A DNA stretch of 64,000 nucleotides from Escherichia phage P479: sequence record MW269952.1. The stretch is one strand, 5' to 3'. The notes under the pieces were generated by a model, which ran no database searches, was not told the DNA's origin, and saw only the letters and a list, made by a program, of their open reading frames with translations. Positions 16,851 through 27,143 of the stretch are shown one piece after another. The position numbers were made by a program, and so were the translations under genes. Position 1 is the stretch's first letter. Each line of letters begins with the position of its first letter.

Positions 16851-18664
16851 CAATTGAAAACGAAATTGAAGGATTGATTCATAAAACTAATAAAGACCTT
16901 TTAAACGAGAATGCTAATAAAGATTCTCGTGTTTTTCCAACTCAACGTGACCTTATGGCTGGTATTGTATCTAAACACATTGCCAAAAATATGGTCGCGT
17001 CTTTTATTATGAAAGCACATGAAAGCGGAATTATTCATTTCCATGATATTGATTATTCCCCTGCTCTTCCATTTACTAATTGTTGTTTAGTAGATTTAAA
17101 AGGAATGCTTGAGAACGGATTTAAGCTCGGTAATGCGCAGATTGAAACTCCCAAATCAATCAGTGTTGCTACTGCAATTATGGCACAAATTACTGCGCAG
17201 GTTGCTTCCCATCAATATGGTGGAACGACTTTTGCGAATGTAGATAAAGTACTTTCTCCTTATGTTAAACGTACCTATGCGAAACATATTGAGGACGCGG
17301 AAAAATGGCAAATCACCGATGCATTGAATTATGCCCAATCTAAAACAGAAAAAGACGTATATGATGCATTCCAAGCTTATGAATATGAAGTAAATACTCT
17401 CTTTAGCTCAAATGGTCAGACTCCTTTTGTGACAATTACATTTGGTACCGGAACTGACTGGACCGAACGAATGATTCAGAAAGCAATTCTGAAAAATCGT
17501 ATTAAAGGGCTTGGTCGTGATGGGATAACTCCTATTTTCCCTAAACTTGTTATGTTCGTTGAAGAAGGTGTTAATCTTTATAAAGACGACCCGAACTATG
17601 ATATTAAGCAGCTTGCTTTAGAGTGTGCAAGCAAAAGAATGTATCCTGATATCATTTCAGCTAAGAATAACAAAGCTATCACTGGTTCATCTATTCCTGT
17701 TTCTCCAATGGGTTGTCGTAGTTTCTTGAGCGTATGGAAAGATTCGACTGGTAATGAAATTCTTGATGGACGTAATAATCTTGGTGTTGTAACATTAAAT
17801 CTTCCTCGTATTGCGTTAGATTCTTATATTGGAACGCAGTTCAATGAACAGAAATTTACTGAATTGTTCAATGAGCGAATGGATTTATGTTTTGAAGCTT
17901 TGATGTGTAGAATTAGTTCCTTAAAAGGAGTTAAAGCGACTGTTGCTCCTATTCTTTACCAAGAAGGTGCATTCGGGGTTCGTCTTAAACCTGATGATGA
18001 TATAATTGAGTTATTTAAAAACGGTAGAAGTTCAGTGTCCCTGGGATACATTGGTATTCACGAATTGAATATTCTTGTCGGTCGTGATATTGGACAGGAA
18101 ATTTTGACTAAAATGAATGCTCGTCTTAAGCAGTGGACCGAAAGAACCGGATTTGCTTTTAGCTTGTATTCTACTCCTGCTGAAAACCTGTGTTATCGCT
18201 TCTGTAAACTTGATACCGAAAAATATGGAAGTGTAAAAGATGTTACCGATAAAGGCTGGTACACTAATAGTTTCCATGTTTCAGTAGAAGAAAATATCAC
18301 TCCGTTTGAAAAGATTTCTCGCGAAGCACCATATCATTTCATTGCGACAGGTGGTCACATTTCTTATGTTGAACTTCCTGATATGAAAAATAACCTAAAA
18401 GGTCTTGAGGCTGCATGGGATTATGCCGCACAACATTTAGATTATTTTGGTGTTAATATGCCAGTAGATAAATGTTTTACGTGCGGAAGTACCCATGAAA
18501 TGACTCCTACTGAAAACGGATTTGTTTGTTCTATTTGTGGAGAAACTGACCCTAAAAAGATGAACACAATAAGAAGAACATGTGGCTATTTGGGGAATCC
18601 GAACGAACGTGGATTTAATCTCGGCAAAAATAAAGAAATCATGCATAGGGTTAAACACCAATGA
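16847..18664 (+). CDS. nrdD: Anaerobic ribonucleoside-triphosphate reductase
   Basis: 605 aa; glycyl-radical C-terminus and Cys4 zinc site (CFTCGS...CSICG); uninterrupted. Confidence 0.9.
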   Translation: MTIENEIEGLIHKTNKDLLNENANKDSRVFPTQRDLMAGIVSKHIAKNMVASFIMKAHESGIIHFHDIDYSPALPFTNCCLVDLKGMLENGFKLGNAQIETPKSISVATAIMAQITAQVASHQYGGTTFANVDKVLSPYVKRTYAKHIEDAEKWQITDALNYAQSKTEKDVYDAFQAYEYEVNTLFSSNGQTPFVTITFGTGTDWTERMIQKAILKNRIKGLGRDGITPIFPKLVMFVEEGVNLYKDDPNYDIKQLALECASKRMYPDIISAKNNKAITGSSIPVSPMGCRSFLSVWKDSTGNEILDGRNNLGVVTLNLPRIALDSYIGTQFNEQKFTELFNERMDLCFEALMCRISSLKGVKATVAPILYQEGAFGVRLKPDDDIIELFKNGRSSVSLGYIGIHELNILVGRDIGQEILTKMNARLKQWTERTGFAFSLYSTPAENLCYRFCKLDTEKYGSVKDVTDKGWYTNSFHVSVEENITPFEKISREAPYHFIATGGHISYVELPDMKNNLKGLEAAWDYAAQHLDYFGVNMPVDKCFTCGSTHEMTPTENGFVCSICGETDPKKMNTIRRTCGYLGNPNERGFNLGKNKEIMHRVKHQ

Positions 18665-19131
18665 ATTATGATAGATTTTATCCTTGCGATTTTGTGAATG
18701 GCCCTGGATGCAGGGTCGTTCTTTTCGTTACAGGTTGTTTGCATAAATGTGAAGGGTGTTATAATAAATCAACATGGAATGCTAGAAATGGTGTTCCATT
18801 CACTGGTGAAACACTAGAACAATTAATTGAATGTTTGAATAATGATTATATAGAAGGATTAACTATAACCGGGGGAGACCCTTTCTATCCCGATAACCGA
18901 GATGTTATTCACTCTGTGGTTCAAACTATTAAAAATCTTTATCCCAATAAAAGCATTTGGATGTGGACAGGATATAAGTTTGAAGATATTAAACAACTAG
19001 AAATGCTTAAATATGTTGATGTTATTATTGATGGGAAGTATGAGAAAAATCTTCCGACCAAAAAACTGTGGCGAGGGTCAGATAATCAGCGACTTTGGTC
19101 AAATACCGATGGGGTGTGGAAACATGATTAA
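18661..19131 (+). CDS. nrdG: Anaerobic RNR activating enzyme (radical SAM)
   Basis: 156 aa; CxxxCxxC radical-SAM cluster (CLHKCEGCYN). Confidence 0.9.
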   Translation: MNYDRFYPCDFVNGPGCRVVLFVTGCLHKCEGCYNKSTWNARNGVPFTGETLEQLIECLNNDYIEGLTITGGDPFYPDNRDVIHSVVQTIKNLYPNKSIWMWTGYKFEDIKQLEMLKYVDVIIDGKYEKNLPTKKLWRGSDNQRLWSNTDGVWKHD

Positions 19132-19245
19132 ATTGAATTACATTATGGGTACTATAAATGATATGATTTTTCATTTTGGTCCAGAATTTTATTCGCAGTA
19201 TAGTTTAGTGCTTATCAATGCTTGGTTAATCAATTAAGGGTAAAT

Positions 19246-19461
19246 ATGGATAAATTTAGAAATGCTGCAGCAGATATTCTGGCAAACATAACGCTTGTTT
19301 TGTTCATCGTTTGTCTGCTTATTCTGGCTATCCCGTTTGGTTTGCTGTTTGTTATCATCGGTTGGTTAAGCACCAATCCTGGCCTCGAAAGCTCTGAATT
19401 CAACAAACGAATCCAGGCTATCCATAGTACCATTGCAAAAATGATGAAGGTGAAAGAATGA
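19246..19461 (+). CDS. Hypothetical membrane protein
   Basis: 72 aa from ATG 19246; central transmembrane helix. Confidence 0.4.
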   Translation: MDKFRNAAADILANITLVLFIVCLLILAIPFGLLFVIIGWLSTNPGLESSEFNKRIQAIHSTIAKMMKVKE

Positions 19462-19757
19462 AACGTTTTGAAGAATATGTAACTACTAATTGGACCGCAT
19501 GGGACAAGTTCGGTGATGAATGGTACTTCCATGACTGTGACCTGAACCCGGAATTCTTTGTCGGTAAGGAAGAAGACCTTAAAGACATCTATGCTCTATC
19601 AGAGATTCATGGAATCAAACCGACGGTTTATTTCTCTTTCGATGACACGGGTTTCCTGGTACAGGTTTATGTCCCGTACGCAACTGCCAGCGATGAAGAA
19701 GTTATTAAAACCTGGAACTACCAAGGAGTGATTTCCTGTGGGCCAAAACTCGACTAA
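19458..19757 (+). CDS. Hypothetical protein
   Basis: 99 aa. Confidence 0.4.
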   Translation: MKRFEEYVTTNWTAWDKFGDEWYFHDCDLNPEFFVGKEEDLKDIYALSEIHGIKPTVYFSFDDTGFLVQVYVPYATASDEEVIKTWNYQGVISCGPKLD

Positions 19758-20055
19758 GATTGAAATCTATGGTATCCCCGAAGAAGTCGGTCGATGCCCC
19801 GGTTGTATGCACGTCAGGAGCCTTCTGGGCTCCTTAAACCTTCCTTATACATTCTATTCAGTCCTTAACAAACAAGGCTCTGAAATCGCTTATGACAGGC
19901 CTTTAATCGTGTCTCTGGCTAAGCGTGCTGGATATCCTACCCTTAACATTCGGTACCCGGTGATTTTTGTCAATGATGAAAAAATGACCAATATTCCTGC
20001 CTTTAAAACAAAACTGATATCCCTGGGGTATGACCAGGATTTAATTGAAGATTAA
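19738..20055 (+). CDS. nrdH: Glutaredoxin-like protein (NrdH-like)
   Basis: 105 aa with GTG start; CPGC active site after a beta-strand (KIEIYGIP); T4 has nrdH beside nrdG. Confidence 0.55.
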   Translation: MGQNSTKIEIYGIPEEVGRCPGCMHVRSLLGSLNLPYTFYSVLNKQGSEIAYDRPLIVSLAKRAGYPTLNIRYPVIFVNDEKMTNIPAFKTKLISLGYDQDLIED

Positions 20056-20056
20056 A

Positions 20057-20115
20057 AAAGGGGTGTACAAGCCCCTTTGAATGATGTATCATTATCCCAT
20101 CAACTACTGATGAGG
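20057..20115 (+). promoter_or_regulatory. Hairpin plus early promoter (PeSL)
   Basis: AAAGGGG-TGTACAAG-CCCCTTT hairpin carrying TGTACA (-35), TATCAT 20087-20092, leader TATCCCATCAACTACTGATGAGGAG. Confidence 0.55.
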
Positions 20116-20123
20116 AGAACATT

Positions 20124-20300
20124 ATGACTATCCAAGATAAAGAAATTAAAGTCAACCAGTATTATTCAATCAACGGCAAAGCTGTTCTAGTAACTGAAAT
20201 ATCTAGCCTGGATGTGTGGTATACCATAATTGACCTTAATATTAAAATGATTTGTGACCGTGGTGTATTTTGTTCGATAGCTAAGGAAATTAAATTATGA
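20124..20300 (+). CDS. Hypothetical small protein
   Basis: 58 aa, below ORF-track cutoff; immediately after PeSL leader. Confidence 0.35.
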   Translation: MTIQDKEIKVNQYYSINGKAVLVTEISSLDVWYTIIDLNIKMICDRGVFCSIAKEIKL

Positions 20301-20551
20301 GCCTGAAATTACATTCAATTAAAAATGTCGCCACCCTTAATCTGGATGATGAACGTTTGATTTTTATCACCGTCACTGATAAGAATATTGAAATTGCAAA
20401 TGGTCCTAAGACTTATTGTTGCCCAGTGAAGAATTGGAAACATGTAACCTTTTTGACCCTGGGTGACCGTCTGAAAGACCTTAAGTTGGATTTGGATGTC
20501 AAAGATATCCAGTACATTAAAAATCTTATTGGATATAAACTGCTGAGGTAA
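20297..20551 (+). CDS. Hypothetical protein
   Basis: 84 aa. Confidence 0.4.
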   Translation: MSLKLHSIKNVATLNLDDERLIFITVTDKNIEIANGPKTYCCPVKNWKHVTFLTLGDRLKDLKLDLDVKDIQYIKNLIGYKLLR

Positions 20552-20553
20552 CT

Positions 20554-20847
20554 ATGGGTAAAACTATTCGTCGCAAAGAATTGTCTGTAAAAGATTTTTA
20601 TTATTCAGGGCGTCGTCAGGCGCCTGATGGTGTAAGTCAGGAACAAGTTGAAGAAAATATCTTCCGTTCAGACAAATGGAAGCGTATGCGTGGTGTTGAT
20701 TCAGAAGTCAAGAATGAGATGAATCGTCAACTGCGTAAAGAAGTTCGTCAGTTGAAAAAAGATGTATACGTTGAGGATGATTTTGATTATAATACTTCTC
20801 ACCGTGTTGCAAAACGTAAATCAAACGAGTGCTATCGTTATAGCTGA
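20554..20847 (+). CDS. Hypothetical basic protein
   Basis: 97 aa; Lys/Arg-rich. Confidence 0.4.
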   Translation: MGKTIRRKELSVKDFYYSGRRQAPDGVSQEQVEENIFRSDKWKRMRGVDSEVKNEMNRQLRKEVRQLKKDVYVEDDFDYNTSHRVAKRKSNECYRYS

Positions 20848-20854
20848 GGAAAAT

Positions 20855-21052
20855 ATGAATCCTGAATCTAAATTATCACAGCGAATTGCTGAATCTCGTC
20901 GTCAGTTCTTTGAAAATATGATAGCTCAAGGTATTGATGACGAAGTTTTTCTAAACTGGTTTTGGAATCACAAATATTCAAGTTGCTCGGGTGCTTTGTT
21001 AATTTCCGCCGCAATGATGTATGAAGGCTGGAAAGCCGCTAAAGCGCAATAA
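20855..21052 (+). CDS. Hypothetical protein
   Basis: 65 aa from ATG 20855 with GAGGAAAATATG initiation context. Confidence 0.4.
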   Translation: MNPESKLSQRIAESRRQFFENMIAQGIDDEVFLNWFWNHKYSSCSGALLISAAMMYEGWKAAKAQ

Positions 21053-21110
21053 AAACCAACGGGGTCATGGTATAATGACCCCAGGATAATAAAATTTTAA
21101 TTGAATGAGA
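21048..21110 (+). promoter_or_regulatory. PeSL hairpin with -10 box in loop
   Basis: GGGGTCA-tggTATAATg-TGACCCC (21061-21081). Confidence 0.5.
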
Positions 21111-21124
21111 CTGAGGAATATATC

Positions 21125-21451
21125 ATGACTGCATCTATCACTAACACCATCGCTAATTTCGCATTTGCTAAAGTTAACACTCTGATGAAATCTGGTTTCG
21201 TCACCCCTGAGATTCTGGACCAGTGGGAAGGCGATGTACAGAAGTTGATTATTGCAGAAGGTCAGACAATGGGTAAAGCGCGTATTCGTGAAAGCCTTGT
21301 CCAGTATATCCTGAATGAATTTGATGTAGTAGCGTTTGGTCTACCGCTCCCACGTGAAAACAAAGAAGTTTCCGATAAAGCCATCAAGCGTATGAACTCC
21401 CAGCGCAAGAAAGGTTTTGTTGACCTGAAAATTATTAAGGGTGCGAAATGA
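21125..21451 (+). CDS. Hypothetical protein
   Basis: 108 aa from ATG 21125; GAGGAA Shine-Dalgarno. Confidence 0.4.
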   Translation: MTASITNTIANFAFAKVNTLMKSGFVTPEILDQWEGDVQKLIIAEGQTMGKARIRESLVQYILNEFDVVAFGLPLPRENKEVSDKAIKRMNSQRKKGFVDLKIIKGAK

Positions 21452-21711
21452 TGTGTCCCGCTATTGAATTACCTGAAGGTGTTGCGGTAATAGTATCATA
21501 CAAACATACGTATGCTAATGGAATTCGCCGAGCTCATAAAATTAGTCAAGGTTACTATTTACAAAGGACTTTAAATTATTTCATTTCAATGGGGTATGAA
21601 TTCAAAATCTATCCTATGTGTACTAAAACCAAGTACACTAAAATCGATGCTTGGGAAGCTTGGGCGGAAGGCATGACATTAGACGAATTCCTGGACTACT
21701 TAAATGATTAA
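21448..21711 (+). CDS. Hypothetical protein
   Basis: 87 aa. Confidence 0.4.
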   Translation: MMCPAIELPEGVAVIVSYKHTYANGIRRAHKISQGYYLQRTLNYFISMGYEFKIYPMCTKTKYTKIDAWEAWAEGMTLDEFLDYLND

Positions 21712-21970
21712 AATAAAACTCTCTAATTACGATAAAAACTTGGAAATGATTACTATGAAAGAAGAACTCCTGAATGATGTCCGCTTTACGGGTTATGCAG
21801 TTCAATTTAATGGTGATGGGGTTCTCCAGATTGAAGGTGACCACTTTATTATTGAATATGAATTCCATCAGTATTGGTTGTATGCCAAAGATGAAGTAGG
21901 TGGGATTGATTATGTTGACCAGTTTGATAAGCTTGACGATGTTTTAGAAGCTGCCCAGATGGTGTACTGA
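21704..21970 (+). CDS. Hypothetical acidic protein
   Basis: 88 aa; start uncertain. Confidence 0.35.
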   Translation: MIKIKLSNYDKNLEMITMKEELLNDVRFTGYAVQFNGDGVLQIEGDHFIIEYEFHQYWLYAKDEVGGIDYVDQFDKLDDVLEAAQMVY

Positions 21971-22236
21971 TGCACATCAATCATACAATGATATCCATCC
22001 AGGACCTGGGAACGTTTTGGGTGGATGAATTCATGAAAATAACATTCTTCCCACATGCAGAAGGGTATGGCTCTTGGGAGTCCCATATCGGCATGTTGAA
22101 TGAAGGGCAATACCGCAACGAGCATGACCGTCTGATGGAATTCATTAGTGATGCCGAGGTTATCCCTTATATTGATATTCACGAATTTAAGGCAATTATG
22201 GAGAAGGTCTTTCAGGCGTACTGTTTACTTCGCTAA
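21970..22236 (+). CDS. Hypothetical protein
   Basis: 88 aa. Confidence 0.4.
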   Translation: MHINHTMISIQDLGTFWVDEFMKITFFPHAEGYGSWESHIGMLNEGQYRNEHDRLMEFISDAEVIPYIDIHEFKAIMEKVFQAYCLLR

Positions 22237-22284
22237 TGCTTTGTATTAAGGATGATATAATATTCATATACTAAGTGAGGCGAT

Positions 22285-22842
22285 ATGAACGAAATTAAAT
22301 TAACCAAGAATAACTATGTAAATAATAAAGAGCTTTTGAAAGCTATTTCGGAGTGGAAACAGAAGCTGAATGCGAACACCGACCCGAACAAAATTATTCG
22401 CCAGAACGATGTTATCGGTCTGGCGATTATGCTTATAGCCGAAGGTCTTAGCAAACGTTTCAACTTCTCCGGATATACCCAATCCTGGAAGCAAGAAATG
22501 ATAGCAGACGGAATTGAGGCCGCAATAAAAGGTCTTCACAACTTCGACGAAACAAAATACGATAATCCACATGCTTACATAACAATGGCTTGCTTCAATG
22601 CTTTCGTTCAGCGTATCAAAAAAGAACGTAAAGAAATGGCAAAGAAATATAGCTACTTCGTCCATAACGTATATGATTCACGTGACGACGATATGGTGGC
22701 TCTGGCTGATGAAACATTTATCCAGGACATCTATGACAAAATGACACAGTACGAATCCTCTTTAGTTAAAGCGCCAGGGTCTGATAAGAGCGCCAAAGAT
22801 AAAGAAGGTGATTTGGATTTTTTATATGGAACATCAATTTGA
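22285..22842 (+). CDS. 55: Late-transcription sigma factor gp55
   Basis: 185 aa; NYVNNKELL...[36 protein letters not shown] matches T4 gp55. Confidence 0.95.
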   Translation: MNEIKLTKNNYVNNKELLKAISEWKQKLNANTDPNKIIRQNDVIGLAIMLIAEGLSKRFNFSGYTQSWKQEMIADGIEAAIKGLHNFDETKYDNPHAYITMACFNAFVQRIKKERKEMAKKYSYFVHNVYDSRDDDMVALADETFIQDIYDKMTQYESSLVKAPGSDKSAKDKEGDLDFLYGTSI

Positions 22843-23059
22843 TATTACCGATTTTTTAGATAAAATCGAGGAAGACTTTACGGCTCTCCCATATTTCATT
22901 AAACTTTATCTACGAGACATAAAAGGTCTTCCAATTGATATCGACCCTTTAAACGTCCGGAATCTGGAATTTACTTCACCGGATAATAACGTTGATTACC
23001 GTTATCATGTGGATAATGCTAATCTATATTTTACAATTGAGTTAACTCCCAAGGATTAA
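22826..23059 (+). CDS. Hypothetical protein
   Basis: 77 aa from ATG 22826; overlaps gene 55 end. Confidence 0.35.
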   Translation: MEHQFDITDFLDKIEEDFTALPYFIKLYLRDIKGLPIDIDPLNVRNLEFTSPDNNVDYRYHVDNANLYFTIELTPKD

Positions 23060-23060
23060 T

Positions 23061-23372
23061 ATGCAAGCTCCAGATATTTCTCAACTGACCGATAAGCAGA
23101 TTGAAGAAGCACAGGAACGTCTCGAAGAAGCGAACGCACTCGAAGCAACCAGTCAAGCCGCGAAGATTCTGAAAAAGAATGCTCGTGAAATTGCACGACT
23201 GAACAAGCATGCTCAAGGCGCAGTGCTGGAAAACAATTTTGAAGCATACAAATACGCTTTAGTTAAACTGCGTGGGATTTACCGCCAACCCGTTACGGAA
23301 GACCTGATTAAGTTGATGTGGGATTCTACTCGCAAACAAATTTGGGAAATCGTAAATGGCATTAGTAAATAA
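23061..23372 (+). CDS. Hypothetical helical protein
   Basis: 103 aa. Confidence 0.4.
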   Translation: MQAPDISQLTDKQIEEAQERLEEANALEATSQAAKILKKNAREIARLNKHAQGAVLENNFEAYKYALVKLRGIYRQPVTEDLIKLMWDSTRKQIWEIVNGISK

Positions 23373-23562
23373 ACCTTTTAAACGGCTTCTTATTGGAGCC
23401 GCTTTCAGACTTCGCTCATACGGTAATATCTGTATCAAGCAGTCCGAAACCGAATGTAAGCTCCTTGGCCCTTATGGTGTTCCAAAAGGTATTGTTAAAA
23501 TTGAGCCGACATCCAAAGTTTGGGTAGACTCACATCAACTTAAGAAATGGTGGCAACGATGA
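23356..23562 (+). CDS. Hypothetical protein
   Basis: 68 aa. Confidence 0.35.
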   Translation: MALVNKPFKRLLIGAAFRLRSYGNICIKQSETECKLLGPYGVPKGIVKIEPTSKVWVDSHQLKKWWQR

Positions 23563-23783
23563 TAACATGGACAGCAGGCTAATGAACGACGAATACGAAA
23601 AAGTTTAAGAGGTCATATGAATGACGAATTCGACGGATTTTGATAAGATTAAATCTGACAAAAATGAGATGATACTTCAATTTGAAGCCGCTCGCATTAA
23701 AGCAGAAAATGAAGGTACTATTACCTATAAGCCTATCAAGTTCAGGTCTTCTCACGAACCTCTGTACGGTGTATTAATTGGAA

Positions 23784-23808
23784 AGGAAGCCTAGCGCTTC
23801 CTTTTTTG
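23784..23808 (+). terminator. Rho-independent terminator
   Basis: AGGAAGC-ctagc-GCTTCCT followed by TTTTTT. Confidence 0.65.
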
Positions 23809-23991
23809 CTTTATATTCGGGATGATAAAATGAACCAACTGAGGAGAACATATGGAATTATTTTTAGGATATGTCGTGTTATTCATGGCATTCTACACAT
23901 TCACACGAGCTTGTTGGATAGGATTCTTTTCTACTCCTGACGGGTTCATTTCAATAATTTTATTTTGCACTGCGATAACGGCGCTTGGCTT

Positions 23992-25011
23992 ATGAAAATT
24001 TTAAATTTAGGTGATTGGCACTTGGGTGTCAAAGCTGACGACCCATGGGCTCAAAACATTCAACGCGATGGTATTTTACAGGCGATTGCATATTCCAAAG
24101 CGAATGGGATTAAAGTCTGGATTCAATATGGTGATATTTTTGACGTCCGTAAGGCCGTAACGCATAAGACGATGGAATTCAGCCGTGAGATTATGGAACT
24201 CCTTCGTGAAGCAGGAATTACTATGCACACGATAGTCGGGAATCATGACATGAATCTGAAGAATAAGATTCATCCTAATGCTATCACCGAACTCCTGAAT
24301 AAGTATGACCATGTTAAAATCTATGATAAGCCAACGACTGTTGATTTTGACGGTTGCCAGATTGATATGATTCCATGGATGTGCGACGAGAACGCAACTG
24401 ACATTCATCAACACATCAAAACTTCTGGGGCTGAATATTGCATCGGTCACTGGGAATTAACCGGGTTTTATTTCTATAAAGGATTGAAATCCCACGGGCT
24501 TGAGCCTGATTTCCTTAAGAAGTACAAGCAAGTTTGGTCTGGTCACTTCCACACAATTTCAGAAGCTGCAAACGTTAAGTACATCGGGACACCATGGACA
24601 TTAACAGCAGGTGATGAGAACGACCCGCGCGGGTTCTGGGAATTTGATACCGAAACCGAAGAGATGAAATTTATTCCGAATGAAACCACCTGGCATCGGA
24701 AGATTTTCTATCCAAACGAAACTATTAACTACGACGACTTCAAAGACTTATCAGTCCGTGTTATTGTAGAAAAAGTCGATAAAGACCTGACCAAGTTCGA
24801 ATCTGAATTAGAAAAGCGTGTGCATGAATTGCGTGTTGTCAATAAGGTTGATAACAGTGTTGATACGACTGACTCCGAAGAAGAGTTAGACATAAAACGC
24901 TTAACTGATATGATGGCAGAATATATTGATGCATTACCTGACACCAATGAGAAAGAATCAAAAGCTCTTAAAGCATTGGCCAACAAATTATATCTTGAGG
25001 TGCAACCGTGA
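23992..25011 (+). CDS. 47: Recombination endonuclease subunit gp47 (Mre11-like)
   Basis: 339 aa from ATG 23992 (MKILNLGDWHLG); phosphoesterase motifs GDIFD, GNHD, GHFH. Confidence 0.9.
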   Translation: MKILNLGDWHLGVKADDPWAQNIQRDGILQAIAYSKANGIKVWIQYGDIFDVRKAVTHKTMEFSREIMELLREAGITMHTIVGNHDMNLKNKIHPNAITELLNKYDHVKIYDKPTTVDFDGCQIDMIPWMCDENATDIHQHIKTSGAEYCIGHWELTGFYFYKGLKSHGLEPDFLKKYKQVWSGHFHTISEAANVKYIGTPWTLTAGDENDPRGFWEFDTETEEMKFIPNETTWHRKIFYPNETINYDDFKDLSVRVIVEKVDKDLTKFESELEKRVHELRVVNKVDNSVDTTDSEEELDIKRLTDMMAEYIDALPDTNEKESKALKALANKLYLEVQP

Positions 25012-25271
25012 AACTTTATGATTTTAATGAAGCGGGGCTTGAACATATCCGCGAATGTGATGTGGTTGACGACGATAATCAACCGAATACTATTAAGTAT
25101 TGGTTTGAAGCTATCACTGACCGGGAAACCGGTCAACTTATCAAAGTCTATGTAGTCACCGATTGGGCCGTAGAATTTAGCTTTAATGTAATGGAAGATG
25201 ATACCCCAGAGACATTAATTCATATGGCTGAATCATGCATCAAGGATGCTTATTATGATGAAGACTTTTGA
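25008..25271 (+). CDS. Hypothetical acidic protein
   Basis: 87 aa; between genes 47 and 46. Confidence 0.4.
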   Translation: MKLYDFNEAGLEHIRECDVVDDDNQPNTIKYWFEAITDRETGQLIKVYVVTDWAVEFSFNVMEDDTPETLIHMAESCIKDAYYDEDF

Positions 25272-25464
25272 ATTTAATCTTGATGATGAATTTGTAGCAA
25301 ATATTGATTATACCGAAGAAGATTCTAGATATGTCGGAATAATTTATATCACATCAAAAACGGCGCAGGGAGTGGTTTGCATGGCTGAATTTGATGAATG
25401 CTTTTTAGATTATGATGATATGATAGAATGGTCTAAAAGATACATTAAAAGGAATCTTTTGTGA
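25246..25464 (+). CDS. Hypothetical acidic protein
   Basis: 72 aa. Confidence 0.35.
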   Translation: MLIMMKTFEFNLDDEFVANIDYTEEDSRYVGIIYITSKTAQGVVCMAEFDECFLDYDDMIEWSKRYIKRNLL

Positions 25465-27143
25465 AGACTTTTAAGCTTAAGAAAGTTATCTATAAAAATA
25501 TTATGTCGGTTGGTGCTCAACCGATTACTGTTGAACTGGATAAAGTCCAGAAAACTCTGGTCACCGGCAAGAATGGTGCGGGTAAATCTACGTTCCTTGA
25601 AGCGGTTACCTTTGCTATGTTCGGTAAGCCTTTCCGTGATGTAAAGAAAGGCCAGTTGATTAACTCGAGCAACAAAAAAGATATGCTCGTTGAATTGTGG
25701 ATGGAATATGATGGAAAAGAATACTATATCAAACGCGGGCAAAAACCCAATGTTTTTGAAATCTCTTGTGGCGGTAAACGTCTTGATGAATCTGCCAGCA
25801 GTAAAGACTTCCAAGCGGAATTTGAACAGCTCATCGGAATGTCCTATGCAAGCTTCAAACAGATTGTCGTACTCGGCACAGCTGGATATACCCCTTTTAT
25901 GGGCCTATCCACTCCTGCAAGAAGAAAACTTGTCGAAGACCTTTTAGAGGTTTCTGTACTGGCCGATATGGATAAGCTGAACAAATCTCTTATCCGCGAA
26001 GTCAATAGTCAAATCCAGGTGATGGATGTGCAGCATGACGGGATTGTTCAACAGATTAAAATCTATCAGGACAACGAAGACCGTCAAAGAAAATTATCAG
26101 GTGATAATCTGTTGCGGCTGCAAACGATGTATGATGAACTTGCCACAGAAGCACGTGGAATCAAGACAACTATCGAAGAAGCAACGACAAGACTGACCGA
26201 GATAATCTTGGGAGAAGACCCTGAGCATGAACTCACGAAGTTAAAGCAGGAATCATTCCTGATTAAGTCGAAGATAGACGATTACCGAAAGGTTGTTGGT
26301 CTGTACGAGAAAGGTGGTTGCTGTCAGACTTGCGCCAGTCAGTTGCATCCAGGAGACCCTATTGTCGCCAGGATTGAGTCAAAGATTGAAGAATGTAATG
26401 TATCAGCTGATAACCATAAAGCTCGCCAGAACGCTGTTCAGGAGCAATTTGATGCGTATTCTGCTGCAAGACAAAAACAACGTACAATAGCTCAAGACAT
26501 TCAAACCAAGAAACAAACCTTAGTCCAGACTGTCGAAAAAGCTAAAAAGGTTAAAGCATTAATCGAGCAAGCTAAGTCAGAATTCATCGACCATGCAGCA
26601 GACATTAAAATGCTTCAAGACCAGCTTGATAAAATAGTCAAACAGAAATCCGACCTTGTGATGGAAAAATATCAACGTGGTATTCTAACGGATATGTTGA
26701 AAGATTCCGGTATCAAAGGCGCGATTATTAAGAAATATATTCCCATCTTTAATAAGCAGATAAACGCTTATCTTAAAGTTATGGAAGCTGATTATAGTTT
26801 TACGTTAGATGAAGAGTTCAACGAAACGATTAAATCTCGTGGACGTGAAGACTTCAGCTATGCATCATTTAGCCAGGGTGAAAAAGCTCGTATCGATATC
26901 GCATTGCTGTTTACATGGCGTGATATTGCTGCGAAAGTATCTGGTGTGCAAATTAGTACGTTGATTCTGGATGAGGTCATGGATTCAGCCACTGACGCCG
27001 AAGGCATCAAAGCTATCCAGGCAATTATTAATAAATTGGAAGGTCAAAACGTGTTTATCATTAGCCATCGTGAACACGACCCAGAAGCATATGGACAGCA
27101 TCTTCAAATGAAAAAAGTCGGTCGATTTACTGTTCTGGAATGA
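25461..27143 (+). CDS. 46: Recombination endonuclease subunit gp46 (Rad50/SbcC-like ATPase)
   Basis: 560 aa; Walker A GKNGAGKST, coiled-coil middle with CxxC zinc hook (CCQTCAS), signature FSQGE and Walker B LILDEV. Confidence 0.9.
   Translation: MKTFKLKKVIYKNIMSVGAQPITVELDKVQKTLVTGKNGAGKSTFLEAVTFAMFGKPFRDVKKGQLINSSNKKDMLVELWMEYDGKEYYIKRGQKPNVFEISCGGKRLDESASSKDFQAEFEQLIGMSYASFKQIVVLGTAGYTPFMGLSTPARRKLVEDLLEVSVLADMDKLNKSLIREVNSQIQVMDVQHDGIVQQIKIYQDNEDRQRKLSGDNLLRLQTMYDELATEARGIKTTIEEATTRLTEIILGEDPEHELTKLKQESFLIKSKIDDYRKVVGLYEKGGCCQTCASQLHPGDPIVARIESKIEECNVSADNHKARQNAVQEQFDAYSAARQKQRTIAQDIQTKKQTLVQTVEKAKKVKALIEQAKSEFIDHAADIKMLQDQLDKIVKQKSDLVMEKYQRGILTDMLKDSGIKGAIIKKYIPIFNKQINAYLKVMEADYSFTLDEEFNETIKSRGREDFSYASFSQGEKARIDIALLFTWRDIAAKVSGVQISTLILDEVMDSATDAEGIKAIQAIINKLEGQNVFIISHREHDPEAYGQHLQMKKVGRFTVLE

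Noticed and set aside
16847-18664. Group I intron in nrdD (or in gene 43), as in T4
   Set aside because: Both genes are continuous single frames of the expected length; no intron-like interruption is seen in this window.
23965-23991. Upstream extension of gp47 (MHCDNGAWL...)
   Set aside because: T4 gp47 begins MKILNLGDWH; the extension overlaps a 47-aa small membrane ORF and lacks a ribosome-binding site.
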